Assembly: GCA_964596525.1 (NCBI GenBank)
Contig: CAZQUL010000001.1
Coordinates: 460,830-524,829 of the forward strand
Origin: an uncultured Gammaproteobacteria bacterium
Lineage (GTDB): Bacteria > Patescibacteriota > Patescibacteriia > Magasanikbacterales > GWA2-37-8
Length of the DNA: 64,000 nucleotides
Reading direction: 5' to 3'
This document shows positions 9,664 through 19,546 of the stretch, in pieces. Below the pieces are notes generated by a model. It was not told the origin of the DNA and did not search any database. It saw nothing but the letters and a program-made list of their open reading frames with translations. Numbering within the stretch: the first letter of the stretch is position 1; every line of letters begins with the position of its first letter. A program made the position numbers and the translations under genes.

Positions 9664-11712
9664 ATGCCTATCAATTTTGAACGAGGACTCAACCCTGAAC
9701 AGCTTACGGTCGTTACCCACGGTGATGGACCATGCTTAGTTTTGGCTGGGGCGGGAAGTGGTAAAACGCGCGTCATTACCTACCGCGTCGCGTATCTCCT
9801 CGAACAAGGCGTGCACCCGAATGAAATACTCCTCGTGACGTTCACCAACAAAGCGGCCGAAGAAATGAAGCATCGTATCCATCATCTGGTCACGGGGAAA
9901 GAATCGTCTGATCGTAAGAAAATAATTCCCTGGTCTGGAACGTTCCACCATATTGCGTACCGGCTGCTCAGCATGTACGGCGGCGTGCTCGGGTATAAAA
10001 CTATCACGATCCTCGATAGCGATGACAGTGAATCCCTCCTCAAGCTCTGCGTCAAAGAATCTAAGCCTGACTCCGAAGAGCGTTTTCCGTCCCCCAAAGT
10101 TATTGGATCGCTCATTTCGTACGCGGCCAATGCTGAGATAACGCTTGAGCAGGCGATCGATGAAAAAAATCCGGGCTGGTCACAGTTTATCAAACCCATT
10201 AAAACTATCGCCGAGCGCTATGCTATGCGCAAACGCGAAGCCTTCGCCATGGATTTCGACGATCTTCTTGTCAATCTGGTAAAACTACTCGGTGGTGAGC
10301 AGGTTCGCGAGCGCCTCGCCCATCAGTTTCGGTACATTCTCGTTGATGAGTACCAGGATACCAATAAATTGCAGGCCATCATTATCCGCCAGCTAGCGAG
10401 CGTGCACCGTAATGTTCTCGTGGTTGGTGATGATGCACAGAGCATCTACTCTTTCCGCGCGGCCGACATTGAGAATATCTTGCGCTTTGAGGATCAGTAT
10501 CCGGGGGCGCGCGTTTTTAAGCTGGAAACAAATTATCGGTCAACGTCGGAAATTTTGGCTGTAGCGAATGAGAGCATTTCTCACAACATTCATCAGTATA
10601 AAAAAGAACTCAAGAGTCTTGATAAACACGGTCCTAAGCCGGTCATCCGCCCGCTCCTTGACCAGAAAGCAGAAGCCGATTTCGTGGTACGCGAAATTGA
10701 AAAGCTGATCGATGAAGGAGTTAAGCCGTCGGAAATCGCCGTGCTGTTTAGAGCTGCGTTTCATGCGCAGATGCTCGAGCTTGAGTTGACGCGCTCGGGT
10801 ATTACCTATGATTACCGCGGGGGACTCAGGTTTTTTGAGCGTGCCCACGTTAAGGATGTGCTCGCGTATCTGCGCCTTCTTACCAACCTGGCTGACACCA
10901 CGGCGTGGTTGCGTGTCTTGCAGCACGAAGAAGGGATCGGGCCGGTGGCGGCGCAGAAAATCGCGGCGGCCATGAAAAACGTGAATACTCTCGCGGAGGT
11001 GCTCGAAACCGGACGCAAAACCCTGTCAGGCAAAGCGCTGGCCGGATTCGAAAAGTTCGGTGAAGTATGGAATGCGCTTGTTTCCGAAGCAAAACCAGAA
11101 ACGATTATCCAAGAACTTCTTGCCTCGCCATACCGCAGTTATCTCGATGTCACCTTTGTTGATAGTTCCGATCGCATCCAAGATATTGAGCAGCTCAAAA
11201 CGTTCGCGGCGCGCTACGAGAACCTGGCTGATTTTCTCGCCGAAGCGAGTTTGAACGAGCAGTTCGCCAAACCGGATGATGCGGTAAAATCAGCGGCTGA
11301 GCGTATCGTGCTGTCTACTATCCACCAGGCTAAAGGGCTCGAGTGGTCCGTCGTATTTGTCGTCAATCTTTCAAACGGTGCGTTTCCCAACGAGCGCGCG
11401 TTTAAAGAAGGCGGGCTCGAGGAAGAGCGCCGGTTATTTTACGTTGCCACGACGCGTGCCAAAGAGCGGCTGTATTTCACCTATCCGCTCGCAGGTGGAA
11501 ACTTCGGCGACATGCTTACGGTGCCAAGCATGTTTCTCGATGAATTCGACCGCGATTTATGTGACGATTTTTCGCTCCTCAAGAAACCAACCACATCGTT
11601 CCTTGATGATGGCGACGTCACCTATGTAAACGAAGATGAAGAATATGGTAATTCCTCAAAACCGCTTAAAATAAAACCGGGAAGTTTTTTGCGGAGTTTG
11701 GAAGATCTTTAG
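9664..11712 (+). CDS. pcrA: ATP-dependent DNA helicase UvrD/PcrA family
   Basis: AGAGSGKT, VDEYQDTN, VGDDAQSIYSFR, STIHQAKGLEW, EERRLFYVA. Confidence 0.93.
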   Translation: MPINFERGLNPEQLTVVTHGDGPCLVLAGAGSGKTRVITYRVAYLLEQGVHPNEILLVTFTNKAAEEMKHRIHHLVTGKESSDRKKIIPWSGTFHHIAYRLLSMYGGVLGYKTITILDSDDSESLLKLCVKESKPDSEERFPSPKVIGSLISYAANAEITLEQAIDEKNPGWSQFIKPIKTIAERYAMRKREAFAMDFDDLLVNLVKLLGGEQVRERLAHQFRYILVDEYQDTNKLQAIIIRQLASVHRNVLVVGDDAQSIYSFRAADIENILRFEDQYPGARVFKLETNYRSTSEILAVANESISHNIHQYKKELKSLDKHGPKPVIRPLLDQKAEADFVVREIEKLIDEGVKPSEIAVLFRAAFHAQMLELELTRSGITYDYRGGLRFFERAHVKDVLAYLRLLTNLADTTAWLRVLQHEEGIGPVAAQKIAAAMKNVNTLAEVLETGRKTLSGKALAGFEKFGEVWNALVSEAKPETIIQELLASPYRSYLDVTFVDSSDRIQDIEQLKTFAARYENLADFLAEASLNEQFAKPDDAVKSAAERIVLSTIHQAKGLEWSVVFVVNLSNGAFPNERAFKEGGLEEERRLFYVATTRAKERLYFTYPLAGGNFGDMLTVPSMFLDEFDRDLCDDFSLLKKPTTSFLDDGDVTYVNEDEEYGNSSKPLKIKPGSFLRSLEDL

Positions 11713-11814
11713 ATACAAACGAATGATCTTGGTGTTTTTTCAGGCTATGAATTGAACGTGAGTGGTGCGACGTGAAAAATAAAATCAGCACAGCGGTGCT
11801 GATAGGTGCAAGTA

Positions 11815-12756
11815 CTATGAGTTGGGAAGAGTCTCGAACAACTTCTTCCCCAGTTCGGCGAGAAAATCTTTGCCGTACAAACCGTTCTCTAGGTCGCGCT
11901 CCAGAAATTCAGGAAGCGTTTCGTGGCGGGCATAGCGCAATGAGCCGATGCCCCAGGCCAACGCTGCAACCGTATCCGTATCGCCGCCCCAGGCAAGAAG
12001 GCGCCGCATCATTGCCATGAGGCCCGGCTCTTCGGTGAGAAGCGTCAGGACAGCTTGAGCTGTATTGATGCCACTGCCTGGGCCGTTATCTATGACAGGC
12101 GTTCCTGGCCAGCGTTCATGTGGGTTGAACTTCGGGTAGTGCGTTCGCTTCAGGTGTTTCGCCAGATAATCGGGCAATTCGGCGAACGTCGCGTTTTCGT
12201 ATACCGTAAAGTGCGTCATGAGCGCGATGAGTTCTGCTGCGCCGGTTCCGCCCGGTGAATTATGGGTGATGTGTGCATGCTCACGGCTCGCGCGCAGCAC
12301 GTCATTAGCGGTTGGCAAAAGCCCTATCGGTACCGAGCGCATAGCCGCCCCGTTTTTGGTACTGACCGCTTTAAGAGAAAGCAGGCGGAGCAGATGTTCT
12401 CCGGCACTTCGATCATCTGGGTCGCGACGGATTTTATCGAGCATGTGCCGGTAGTACGTGCTGTAACCGCTTCTCGGATCGCGGCGGTACGCCCGGACGA
12501 ACGACGTGACAAATTCACCGCCAGTAGCCGTTTTTCCACATTCAAGAAGAGTTTCGGCCGCCGCGATAGTCATCTGCGTGTCGTCGGTATAGCATCCTGG
12601 CGCACGCTCGGTAAACGTTGGGTGGTGTAGGTAGCGCTCGAAACGAAGCGCTTCCGCTTGATAGCGCTGATCAAATTCAGTCGCGATAGCGTAGGCATCG
12701 CCCATGGCGAGGTGTACGAGAAATCGCGTCTCTATAAAGATCGGTTTAGTTGACAT
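11815..12756 (-). CDS. ADP-ribosylglycohydrolase family protein
   Basis: GDA, YTDDTQMT, NGAAMR, TH and GGDTDTVAA motifs; start refined to the ATG after SD GGAGGAGG. Confidence 0.9.
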   Translation of the reverse strand: MSTKPIFIETRFLVHLAMGDAYAIATEFDQRYQAEALRFERYLHHPTFTERAPGCYTDDTQMTIAAAETLLECGKTATGGEFVTSFVRAYRRDPRSGYSTYYRHMLDKIRRDPDDRSAGEHLLRLLSLKAVSTKNGAAMRSVPIGLLPTANDVLRASREHAHITHNSPGGTGAAELIALMTHFTVYENATFAELPDYLAKHLKRTHYPKFNPHERWPGTPVIDNGPGSGINTAQAVLTLLTEEPGLMAMMRRLLAWGGDTDTVAALAWGIGSLRYARHETLPEFLERDLENGLYGKDFLAELGKKLFETLPNS

Positions 12757-12895
12757 GCTTTCCTCCTCCTTATGTGCAGGAACCCTAACAAGGGATTCTC
12801 GGTCTGTCAACGAACATGTTTTTCCAAACGGTCCGTTGCGTGTTTTTAATTTTCCGGTCTATACTACCCTTAGATTATTCTTAATCCCTGTCTAT

Positions 12896-13387
12896 ATGGA
12901 TAAGAAACTCACCAAAGGACTCATTGCCGGCGGTATTATCGGCGGGCTCGTCGCTAGTCTTTTTATGACCAAAAAAGGCAAACAGATCCGGCAGCAGGCT
13001 ATGGATTATGCCGAAGATCTATATGATGAAATGCGCAAACGCGCCGGAGAGCTTAGCGAACTTTCGTGGGATAAATTGGAAGAGGTGGCTAAAACCGTTG
13101 TGAAAGAATACGGTAAAAAGAAAGCCTGGGCCGTTGATGTGCAAGAAGATATCGTTGAGGGCATCAAAGAGCGTTGGTTAAGCTTTAAGGCGGATGAACT
13201 CTTTGATAAAGTCAAAGCGGAATATGCCGAAGCCAAACAGCAGACCAAGGAGAATTTTACCCGTATTGCGGAGGATATCGTTTCCGCTTATGCTGAAGAA
13301 AAGAAAATTGGCGCTCGGGCCAAGAACCAGTTGATGCGCGAGCTGCGCAAGCGCTATGCCGATCTCGCCGATGAGATCAGCGGCTAG
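12896..13387 (+). CDS. YtxH-like protein
   Basis: N-terminal GLIAGGIIGGLVASLFMTKKGKQIR followed by a charged helical region. Confidence 0.75.
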   Translation: MDKKLTKGLIAGGIIGGLVASLFMTKKGKQIRQQAMDYAEDLYDEMRKRAGELSELSWDKLEEVAKTVVKEYGKKKAWAVDVQEDIVEGIKERWLSFKADELFDKVKAEYAEAKQQTKENFTRIAEDIVSAYAEEKKIGARAKNQLMRELRKRYADLADEISG

Positions 13388-13402
13388 CCGTGATACTACA
13401 TT

Positions 13403-13436
13403 AAAAAACTGCCGGGCATGCGCTCGGCAGTTTTTT
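13403..13436. terminator. bidirectional terminator
   Basis: A6-CTGCCGGGC...GCTCGGCAG-T6 between convergent genes. Confidence 0.8.
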
Positions 13437-13445
13437 ATAGTACGT

Positions 13446-13748
13446 TTAAACCGCATTGATAACGGTTGTGATGTATTCTTCCACAAGCGGGGTAACGGTT
13501 TTTTCGATCATGGCCTTGAATTCTTCGGCCGAGAAGGTTTTCTCTAAAAAGAGCAGAGCACGATCCGGACGCTTATCTTTAAGAAAGGAAAGTAGGGTGA
13601 CTTTTTCCGCATCCGGCAGCCGGACGGCCTGCTCCACGATAAAGGTGTACATGGTGGTAGTGAGGAGTTCGTCGGCCATTTTTGATTTTTGGTCGGCGGC
13701 GATGGGCAGTTCGGCGAAGAGGGGGAGAAAAGGATTGTTCATAGGCAT
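13446..13748 (-). CDS. hypothetical protein
   Basis: 100-aa ORF tightly packed downstream of the SOD operon. Confidence 0.65.
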   Translation of the reverse strand: MPMNNPFLPLFAELPIAADQKSKMADELLTTTMYTFIVEQAVRLPDAEKVTLLSFLKDKRPDRALLFLEKTFSAEEFKAMIEKTVTPLVEEYITTVINAV

Positions 13749-13758
13749 GCGCTATGCT

Positions 13759-13980
13759 TTAGGCGGCGTAGAGCGAGATGAGTGTGTCGCGGGTAGTTTC
13801 GCTGAGAGCGGTGGTGGAGAGCGGTGCAATTCCGCGGTTGAGTTCCGGTGTCGTGGCGGCCAGGCGGCGGAAGCGGTCTTCAATGAAATCCGCATGGTGC
13901 TTGGCGAGCGCTTCTTTGTTTATTTCTCTCTGCTCTTTCGTGTGTGTACCAATAGTTTCATGATGTCGTACGTGTTCCAT
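13759..13980 (-). CDS. hypothetical protein
   Basis: 73-aa ORF with 10-11 nt spacing to co-oriented neighbours. Confidence 0.55.
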   Translation of the reverse strand: MEHVRHHETIGTHTKEQREINKEALAKHHADFIEDRFRRLAATTPELNRGIAPLSTTALSETTRDTLISLYAA

Positions 13981-13991
13981 AAGAAATGATA

Positions 13992-14576
13992 TTAGGCGTT
14001 CGAAATGCGGTTATCAGCGACGCTCCAGTCTACGGCCTTCATGAAGGCGGCGATATAGTCGGCGCGTTTGGTGCCGTAGTCAAGAAAGAAAGCGTGTTCG
14101 AATACGTCCATGATGAGAACCGGTGTCGCACCGGCAAAGTGACCGGTGTCGTGTTCGTTCACCCAGACGTTAAAGAGGCGGTCGGCGGTTTTGTCGTAGT
14201 ACATGATGGCCCAGCCGATGCCGCGCATACTCCCGGTTGCCTGGAATTCTTTTTGCCAGTAGTTGAACGTGCCGAAATCTTTTTCGATTTTGGCATGGAG
14301 CGGACTGCCGGAGGCAAGCTCCTTGCCACCTGCCACCATGTTGCCAAAATAGAGTTCGTGGAGGCGCATGCCATTGAATTCCCAGCCGAGGCGGCGTTTC
14401 ATTTCGGCGAAGGCCGGGGTGGTCGCTTGGTCGGTATCGACGAGTTTTTTGAGTTCGTCAGTGAGTTTGTTGGTATTGGTGACGTAGCCTTGGTAAAGCG
14501 TAAAGTGCGTCTCAAGAGCTTTGTCCGAGAAGCCAGGGGTGCCGAGCAGATGGTCGAATTTAAGCGGAGTGTACAT
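13992..14576 (-). CDS. Fe/Mn superoxide dismutase
   Basis: H..LYQGYV, NGMRLHELYF, GIGWA and DVFEHAF metal-binding motif. Confidence 0.95.
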   Translation of the reverse strand: MYTPLKFDHLLGTPGFSDKALETHFTLYQGYVTNTNKLTDELKKLVDTDQATTPAFAEMKRRLGWEFNGMRLHELYFGNMVAGGKELASGSPLHAKIEKDFGTFNYWQKEFQATGSMRGIGWAIMYYDKTADRLFNVWVNEHDTGHFAGATPVLIMDVFEHAFFLDYGTKRADYIAAFMKAVDWSVADNRISNA

Positions 14577-14654
14577 ACGACAGGTGTGTGGCTAGTTATG
14601 AAGTGAATGTCGAACAAAACCGACACCGGGGTGCGGTGTCGATAGTGTAGCATG

Positions 14655-15302
14655 TTACTTGGTGAAGGTGAACGTTTTGAGGATCCGGGTGAAGTAACCG
14701 AGCTGTTCCTGTTCGGCAAGAGCCTGAGGTTTCATGCTGGTTTTGAGTACGTCCCCAATGTAGGAGAGTTTAATGACGAAGGTCTCCGTAGCAGTGCGGG
14801 GAATGTAGACGTATTTCATGTTGATGCCCTCGGCGCCGACATTAAACTGGTAGGCTTCTTTGCCGGCAACGCTTATGACATCCATGAAACCAGCGGGAAG
14901 TGGCGCTTTTTTGGTGAAGGCTTCATACGTCGTGGCAAACGTTGGATTGTCTTTTTTCATGGCATCCATGAGAGACGAGGTGGCACGACGCTGAATTTCT
15001 ACCTGGAACGGATGGGTGTGTTCGTTACCAGGGATGCCTGAAGGGTTGTCGGTAACCGAGTATACGGATTTAAGAACGTAATCATTCGCCGCATCCGCGC
15101 CGGTCGATCCGGTGAAGAGTGTGGCGTGAATGAAGGTGTAGCCGGCATTATTATCAGTCACGCGGGTTTCCAGTTTGCCGGGTTCTTGCGTGGTAGAAGT
15201 GGGGGTAGTAGTGGTTGGGGTGGTGGTAGTACTGCTGCCGCAGCCAGCGCCGCCGACAATGAGTAGAAGGGCGATAAAGCCGACAAGAGGATATGTACGC
15301 AT
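14655..15302 (-). CDS. hypothetical lipoprotein
   Basis: Lipobox GAGC followed by a Thr/Pro-rich linker. Confidence 0.75.
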   Translation of the reverse strand: MRTYPLVGFIALLLIVGGAGCGSSTTTTPTTTTPTSTTQEPGKLETRVTDNNAGYTFIHATLFTGSTGADAANDYVLKSVYSVTDNPSGIPGNEHTHPFQVEIQRRATSSLMDAMKKDNPTFATTYEAFTKKAPLPAGFMDVISVAGKEAYQFNVGAEGINMKYVYIPRTATETFVIKLSYIGDVLKTSMKPQALAEQEQLGYFTRILKTFTFTK

Positions 15303-15349
15303 ACTAAAAGGTTAAGGCCGGCTTGCAGTTGAACCGGCAAGCCGTTGGG

Positions 15350-15940
15350 TTAAATTTTGCCCACCAAATCAAGTCCGGGTTTGAGAGTCTTGGCACCGGG
15401 TTTCCAGTTGGCGGGGCAGACTTCGCCGCCGTGTTCACGAACATATTGGGCGGCTTCGAGCTTGCGAATAAGTTCTGTGGCGCTTCGACCGATGGAGTTG
15501 TCGTGTACCTCATACGCTTTAAGCACACCTTCGGGATCGATGATGAACGTGCCGCGCAGCGCAAGGCCTTCGGCGGGAATATAGACGCCGTATTCGCGGG
15601 AGATGGCACTAGTTGGATCGGCAACCATGGGGAAGGTAATTTTCTTGATGGCCGGCGAATTGTCATGCCAGGCTTTGTGTACGAACACCGTGTCGGTCGA
15701 AACGCTCAAGACTTCGGTGTTAAGGCGTTTAAACTCGGCGTAGTGATCGGCCAAATCTTCGAGTTCCGTAGGACATACGAAGGTAAAATCCGCTGGGTAG
15801 AAAAACACTATAATCCATTTGCCGCGGAAATCGGAGAGCTTCATTTTTTTGATTTTATTTTCGTGAAAAGCCTCGAATGCCAAGTCAGTGACGGTTTCGC
15901 CGATAACAGGATGTTTGTTAATCTGGGCCGTTTGTTCCAT
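15350..15940 (-). CDS. ahpC: 2-Cys peroxiredoxin (alkyl hydroperoxide reductase C)
   Basis: FYPADFTFVCPTE and GEVCPANW. Confidence 0.96.
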   Translation of the reverse strand: MEQTAQINKHPVIGETVTDLAFEAFHENKIKKMKLSDFRGKWIIVFFYPADFTFVCPTELEDLADHYAEFKRLNTEVLSVSTDTVFVHKAWHDNSPAIKKITFPMVADPTSAISREYGVYIPAEGLALRGTFIIDPEGVLKAYEVHDNSIGRSATELIRKLEAAQYVREHGGEVCPANWKPGAKTLKPGLDLVGKI

Positions 15941-16040
15941 ACAGGAGGTAATTAAGAATAGTTTTATAGTGCTAGTGTACGAAAAAAACAGGCGTGCGTC
16001 AATCGTGTCTGTAGATGTCTTTTTGGCTCTGTTAAGCTTC

Positions 16041-16889
16041 TTAGACGTTGAAAAAACGTTTCACTGCCACGCCGATGCCGAAGTTGATGGTGCCGACGAC
16101 AATGCTGATGCCGAGCATTTCCAGGAATCGTTTTTTGAAAGAGATGTTCTTGACTACGCTCGTATAGAAATTGAAGATCGCGATGATGGCAATAACGAAC
16201 GCGATGGTGATGGCAAGGGCTGCCCACGGGTTATGCAAGAAAAAGTATGGTGCAACCAAAAGAATCGTGGTGATGGTGTAGGACCCGCCGGTAACTAAGC
16301 CGGCAATAAGCGGATTGTCATGGTTTCCTTCGCGGGCCGAGAGGTACGATGCCGAAGCCATGGAAAGCGAGGCGGCAAGCCCGGTAATGAGACCAACAGT
16401 CGCGACGAGGCGCGGTTCGGCGAGTGCGAGGGTAAAACCAATAAGGGCACCGGTAAGTTCGATGAGCGCGTCATTGAGACCAAGAATAACGGAGCTCGCA
16501 TATTCAAGTGCGTGGGTGTTGATAAGGCTTAAGAGCTCTTGTTCGTGAGCGTGTTCTTCTTCTACCACTTTGGCGAGTGCCGGGTAGGTGGCCACCAGAT
16601 TGCCGTAAGTGGCCTGCGCGTTTCCCTCGCCCTGCTCCATGAGTTTGAGGCCAAAACTTAAACCAAAAATACGCGCGATGGTCGTGTAGATCGCGATTTT
16701 CAATCGATCTGGTTGCACTTCCTGTTTGGTGATGCTTTTCCAGACTTCGTGATGCCCGCGCTCTTCTTTGGCGATGCGGGCGATGATGGCGGCGTTGTGC
16801 GGATTGGAAGTGAGCTTGGCGAGGCGTTCGTACACGATGCATTCGGATAATTCCGCGCGTTGCAGTTTAAGGAGAGCGGGAGTTTCCAT
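16041..16889 (-). CDS. rubrerythrin-like / VIT1-CCC1 family membrane protein
   Basis: N-terminal ExxH di-iron motifs (EERGH, EEHAHE); C-terminal LGLNDALIE and ASLSMASASYLS TM region. Confidence 0.88.
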   Translation of the reverse strand: METPALLKLQRAELSECIVYERLAKLTSNPHNAAIIARIAKEERGHHEVWKSITKQEVQPDRLKIAIYTTIARIFGLSFGLKLMEQGEGNAQATYGNLVATYPALAKVVEEEHAHEQELLSLINTHALEYASSVILGLNDALIELTGALIGFTLALAEPRLVATVGLITGLAASLSMASASYLSAREGNHDNPLIAGLVTGGSYTITTILLVAPYFFLHNPWAALAITIAFVIAIIAIFNFYTSVVKNISFKKRFLEMLGISIVVGTINFGIGVAVKRFFNV

Positions 16890-16894
16890 AGTAG

Positions 16895-17614
16895 TTAGGG
16901 AGAGTTAAGCGCGGTATCGGCTTTGACGATGACGTGCACGACACGGGTTGTAGTTTTACCGCGTTTTTTTTGGGCAACGAAGGTGAGGTTGTTAAGGCCG
17001 TAGGTAAGAGTGAGGGGTACGCGGAAGGAGCGTTTGCTGTCGAGCGTCAATTCTTGGCCGTTGAGGGTGAGTTTGGTGCCGGGCGAGGTGGTGCCTTCGA
17101 CGGTGATGGTTTTTTCGCGGACGATCATTCCGTCTTCGGGACTAACGAGGGCGAGGACAGGCGGCTCGGCGATAGTTTTGACCTGCCAGCCCAAATAACC
17201 AATGAAGAGCATGATTACCGCAGCTACGGCCGCATTACGGATGAAGAGCGACACCGTGGCGCGCGAGAGATTTTTGATGGGTGTCAGGATAGTTTTTTTT
17301 GGTTCATGAGAAAGGTCACTTAATCCTTGTTCATGCAAGAATTGTTCGGCGCACTCTAGGGGGTTGAGTCCAAGTATAGTGGCGTACTGGCGCACGTAGG
17401 CTAAACGGTGGGCGCGCGCTTTGGGGAGTTGCTCAAAACGCCCGGCTTCGAGGGCCTGGATGTACTTGGCGGGAATAACACCGGCAAGTTCGCGGCTTGC
17501 CACCGACCAACCGCGTTCTTCGCGGCGGCTACGAAAAATATCTGGCAGGCGTTCGGGTTTTTTGAGAGGTTTATAGCAGAATACAGCCATAGAAGCACCT
17601 ATTCTAGCGGACAC
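16895..17614 (-). CDS. RodZ-like HTH membrane protein with C-terminal Ig-like domain
   Basis: YIQALEAG..LP...AYVRQYATILGL HTH_25-like motif, one TM, beta-rich tail; start uncertain. Confidence 0.75.
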   Translation of the reverse strand: MSARIGASMAVFCYKPLKKPERLPDIFRSRREERGWSVASRELAGVIPAKYIQALEAGRFEQLPKARAHRLAYVRQYATILGLNPLECAEQFLHEQGLSDLSHEPKKTILTPIKNLSRATVSLFIRNAAVAAVIMLFIGYLGWQVKTIAEPPVLALVSPEDGMIVREKTITVEGTTSPGTKLTLNGQELTLDSKRSFRVPLTLTYGLNNLTFVAQKKRGKTTTRVVHVIVKADTALNSP

Positions 17615-17702
17615 ATTATCATACGAAGTATAGCCGAAATTTTCAGCACGGGCAACAACATATCCTCGTAATTATAAAATTCGACTGGGGCCAGTCGAAT
17701 TG

Positions 17703-18545
17703 TTAGGGAGTGATGACGCAGGGGAAACGCAGCCTCGTCCCGGGCTTAAACCGGTTGAGCTCTTGCCGCGTGACCGGCTGCCAGATATTATCTTGCCAGA
17801 CCTTCATCTGCGGCGCAGCCACCGAGGGTGTCGTGCTGCAGTGAGTGGCAAGAAGGGCGCGGACGTTATCGCCCTCCTTGAGGGTGTAAACGTTGTTGTC
17901 GGCAGGTGCCACCACAGGGATTTGCGCTTTGTGCACCGCAGGAGCTTGTGGTGCACTCGGCGGCGCTGGGGCCGTCAGCGCTGGCAGGAGGGAAAGCAGA
18001 CGCTCATTGAGCACCTTGAGCTTCTGTGTCTCGCTCTGGAGTGCTGCAGCTCTCTGTTCCAAAGAAACGAAAGAAGCTTCTTGCTGCCGTGCGGTTTTGC
18101 GCGCGCCGCTCACCGTTGCGTAGCTCACAATGCATAGTGCGACGAGGTTGGCTGGTAGCAGGATGAGCGCAAGAAGGGCGCTCGTGCGACGGATCCGCAT
18201 CCAGCGAGGGCTATCGTAAACTTCTTGTTCAGCCATGGCGCGCATGTTGCTTAGCGTGGCACGGGAATCATGAATTTTCGTCGGCCGCTTAGAGCGATCC
18301 GAAATTTGGGTCGCGTCATCTGGAGTTGAGACCAATGGAGCGGTCGATCGGTCGATCGGCGCCGTGGAAATTGGTTCGCGCACGGGGTGGAGTCCGGGCC
18401 GAGAAAGGCCTTGCTCATCTTCTTCCGGTTCTGCTTCCTTGTCTGATGACATGTTTCTATCTGGCCCAAGACCAGCGAAGGTCCTGCGAGACTCTTCGGT
18501 TGCGTCTTCGGTGTCAATCGCGTGCGGCGCTGCATGCTCGCGCAT
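17703..18545 (-). CDS. hypothetical membrane protein with coiled coil and LysM-like C-terminus
   Basis: SD AGGAGG; TM, coiled coil, Pro/Ala linker, YTLKEGD...FKPGTRLRFP. Confidence 0.65.
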   Translation of the reverse strand: MREHAAPHAIDTEDATEESRRTFAGLGPDRNMSSDKEAEPEEDEQGLSRPGLHPVREPISTAPIDRSTAPLVSTPDDATQISDRSKRPTKIHDSRATLSNMRAMAEQEVYDSPRWMRIRRTSALLALILLPANLVALCIVSYATVSGARKTARQQEASFVSLEQRAAALQSETQKLKVLNERLLSLLPALTAPAPPSAPQAPAVHKAQIPVVAPADNNVYTLKEGDNVRALLATHCSTTPSVAAPQMKVWQDNIWQPVTRQELNRFKPGTRLRFPCVITP

Positions 18546-18679
18546 TGTTTCCTCCTATTGTTAGGCTGGTTATCCTTTAGCATGGGTAGGGGGGTTTGTC
18601 AATTCCTCGGGCCTTCTTTGACAGTCGCGGGCGCGGTTGTTATGTTTTCTAGAAGAGCTTTACTTCTTACTTATTTTAT

Positions 18680-19546
18680 ATGGACCGTTCGTTTGCCGCC
18701 CTTATGCGGCATTTCGCCGAACGTATGGATGGTCGTGAAGCAGCGCTTCTTGTAGAACGAGTTACCGGTACAGGGCGTGATTGGTGGTACGCTTATCCCG
18801 AAGCTACGTTATCGTGGCGGCAATACGTACACTTGAAATATCTGGTATCGCGCCGCCGCACGGGTGTGCCGCTCGCGTATCTCACGGGCCATAAAGAGTT
18901 TTGTGGCTTGGACTTTGCAGTGACGCATCATACGCTTGTGCCGCGCGCCGAGACCGAAACCATGGTCGAAGCCGCGCTCGAAATTATCAAGAATTGGGGC
19001 GCTGTCCATCCTGAGCGGAACATCGAGCTCATCGACGTTGGTACTGGCAGCGGCTGCATTCCGGTAAGCATTACCAAAAAAACTCCGCACCCGCTCGCAT
19101 TTGTTGGTGCGACGGATATTTCGCGCGGGGCACTGCGCGTAGCTCGCTCCAATGCCGAACAACATACGGTGGCCCTCGAAGCGCGGCGCGGCCATCTGCT
19201 TAAACCGTTTGTAAATCGGTTTGCTGCCGCGAATACCGGTTTTATTATCACCGCCAATCTGCCCTACCTTACTCAAGAAGAATTTTGGGAAGAGGGTAGT
19301 ATACACCATGAGCCATTTACAGCGCTGGTTGCGGCACATGAAGGGTTGGCATTATACGAACAGCTGCTCGTGCAGATACAAAAAATGCGAACGAAGAATC
19401 CGTTTCCGTTCGCAGTGCTTATGGAAATCAATCCCGCACAGTCCAAGCCGTTGCGCGCTCTTGTTGCGCGCTACCTGTCGTCTGGCATCGTTACGACGCG
19501 TAACGATTTGTGCGGGCGTGAACGCATCGTTGTAGTACAGCAATAA
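18680..19546 (+). CDS. prmC: release factor glutamine methyltransferase (HemK/PrmC)
   Basis: PLAYLTGHKEF, LVPRAETE, DVGTGSGCI, ANLPY. Confidence 0.92.
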   Translation: MDRSFAALMRHFAERMDGREAALLVERVTGTGRDWWYAYPEATLSWRQYVHLKYLVSRRRTGVPLAYLTGHKEFCGLDFAVTHHTLVPRAETETMVEAALEIIKNWGAVHPERNIELIDVGTGSGCIPVSITKKTPHPLAFVGATDISRGALRVARSNAEQHTVALEARRGHLLKPFVNRFAAANTGFIITANLPYLTQEEFWEEGSIHHEPFTALVAAHEGLALYEQLLVQIQKMRTKNPFPFAVLMEINPAQSKPLRALVARYLSSGIVTTRNDLCGRERIVVVQQ

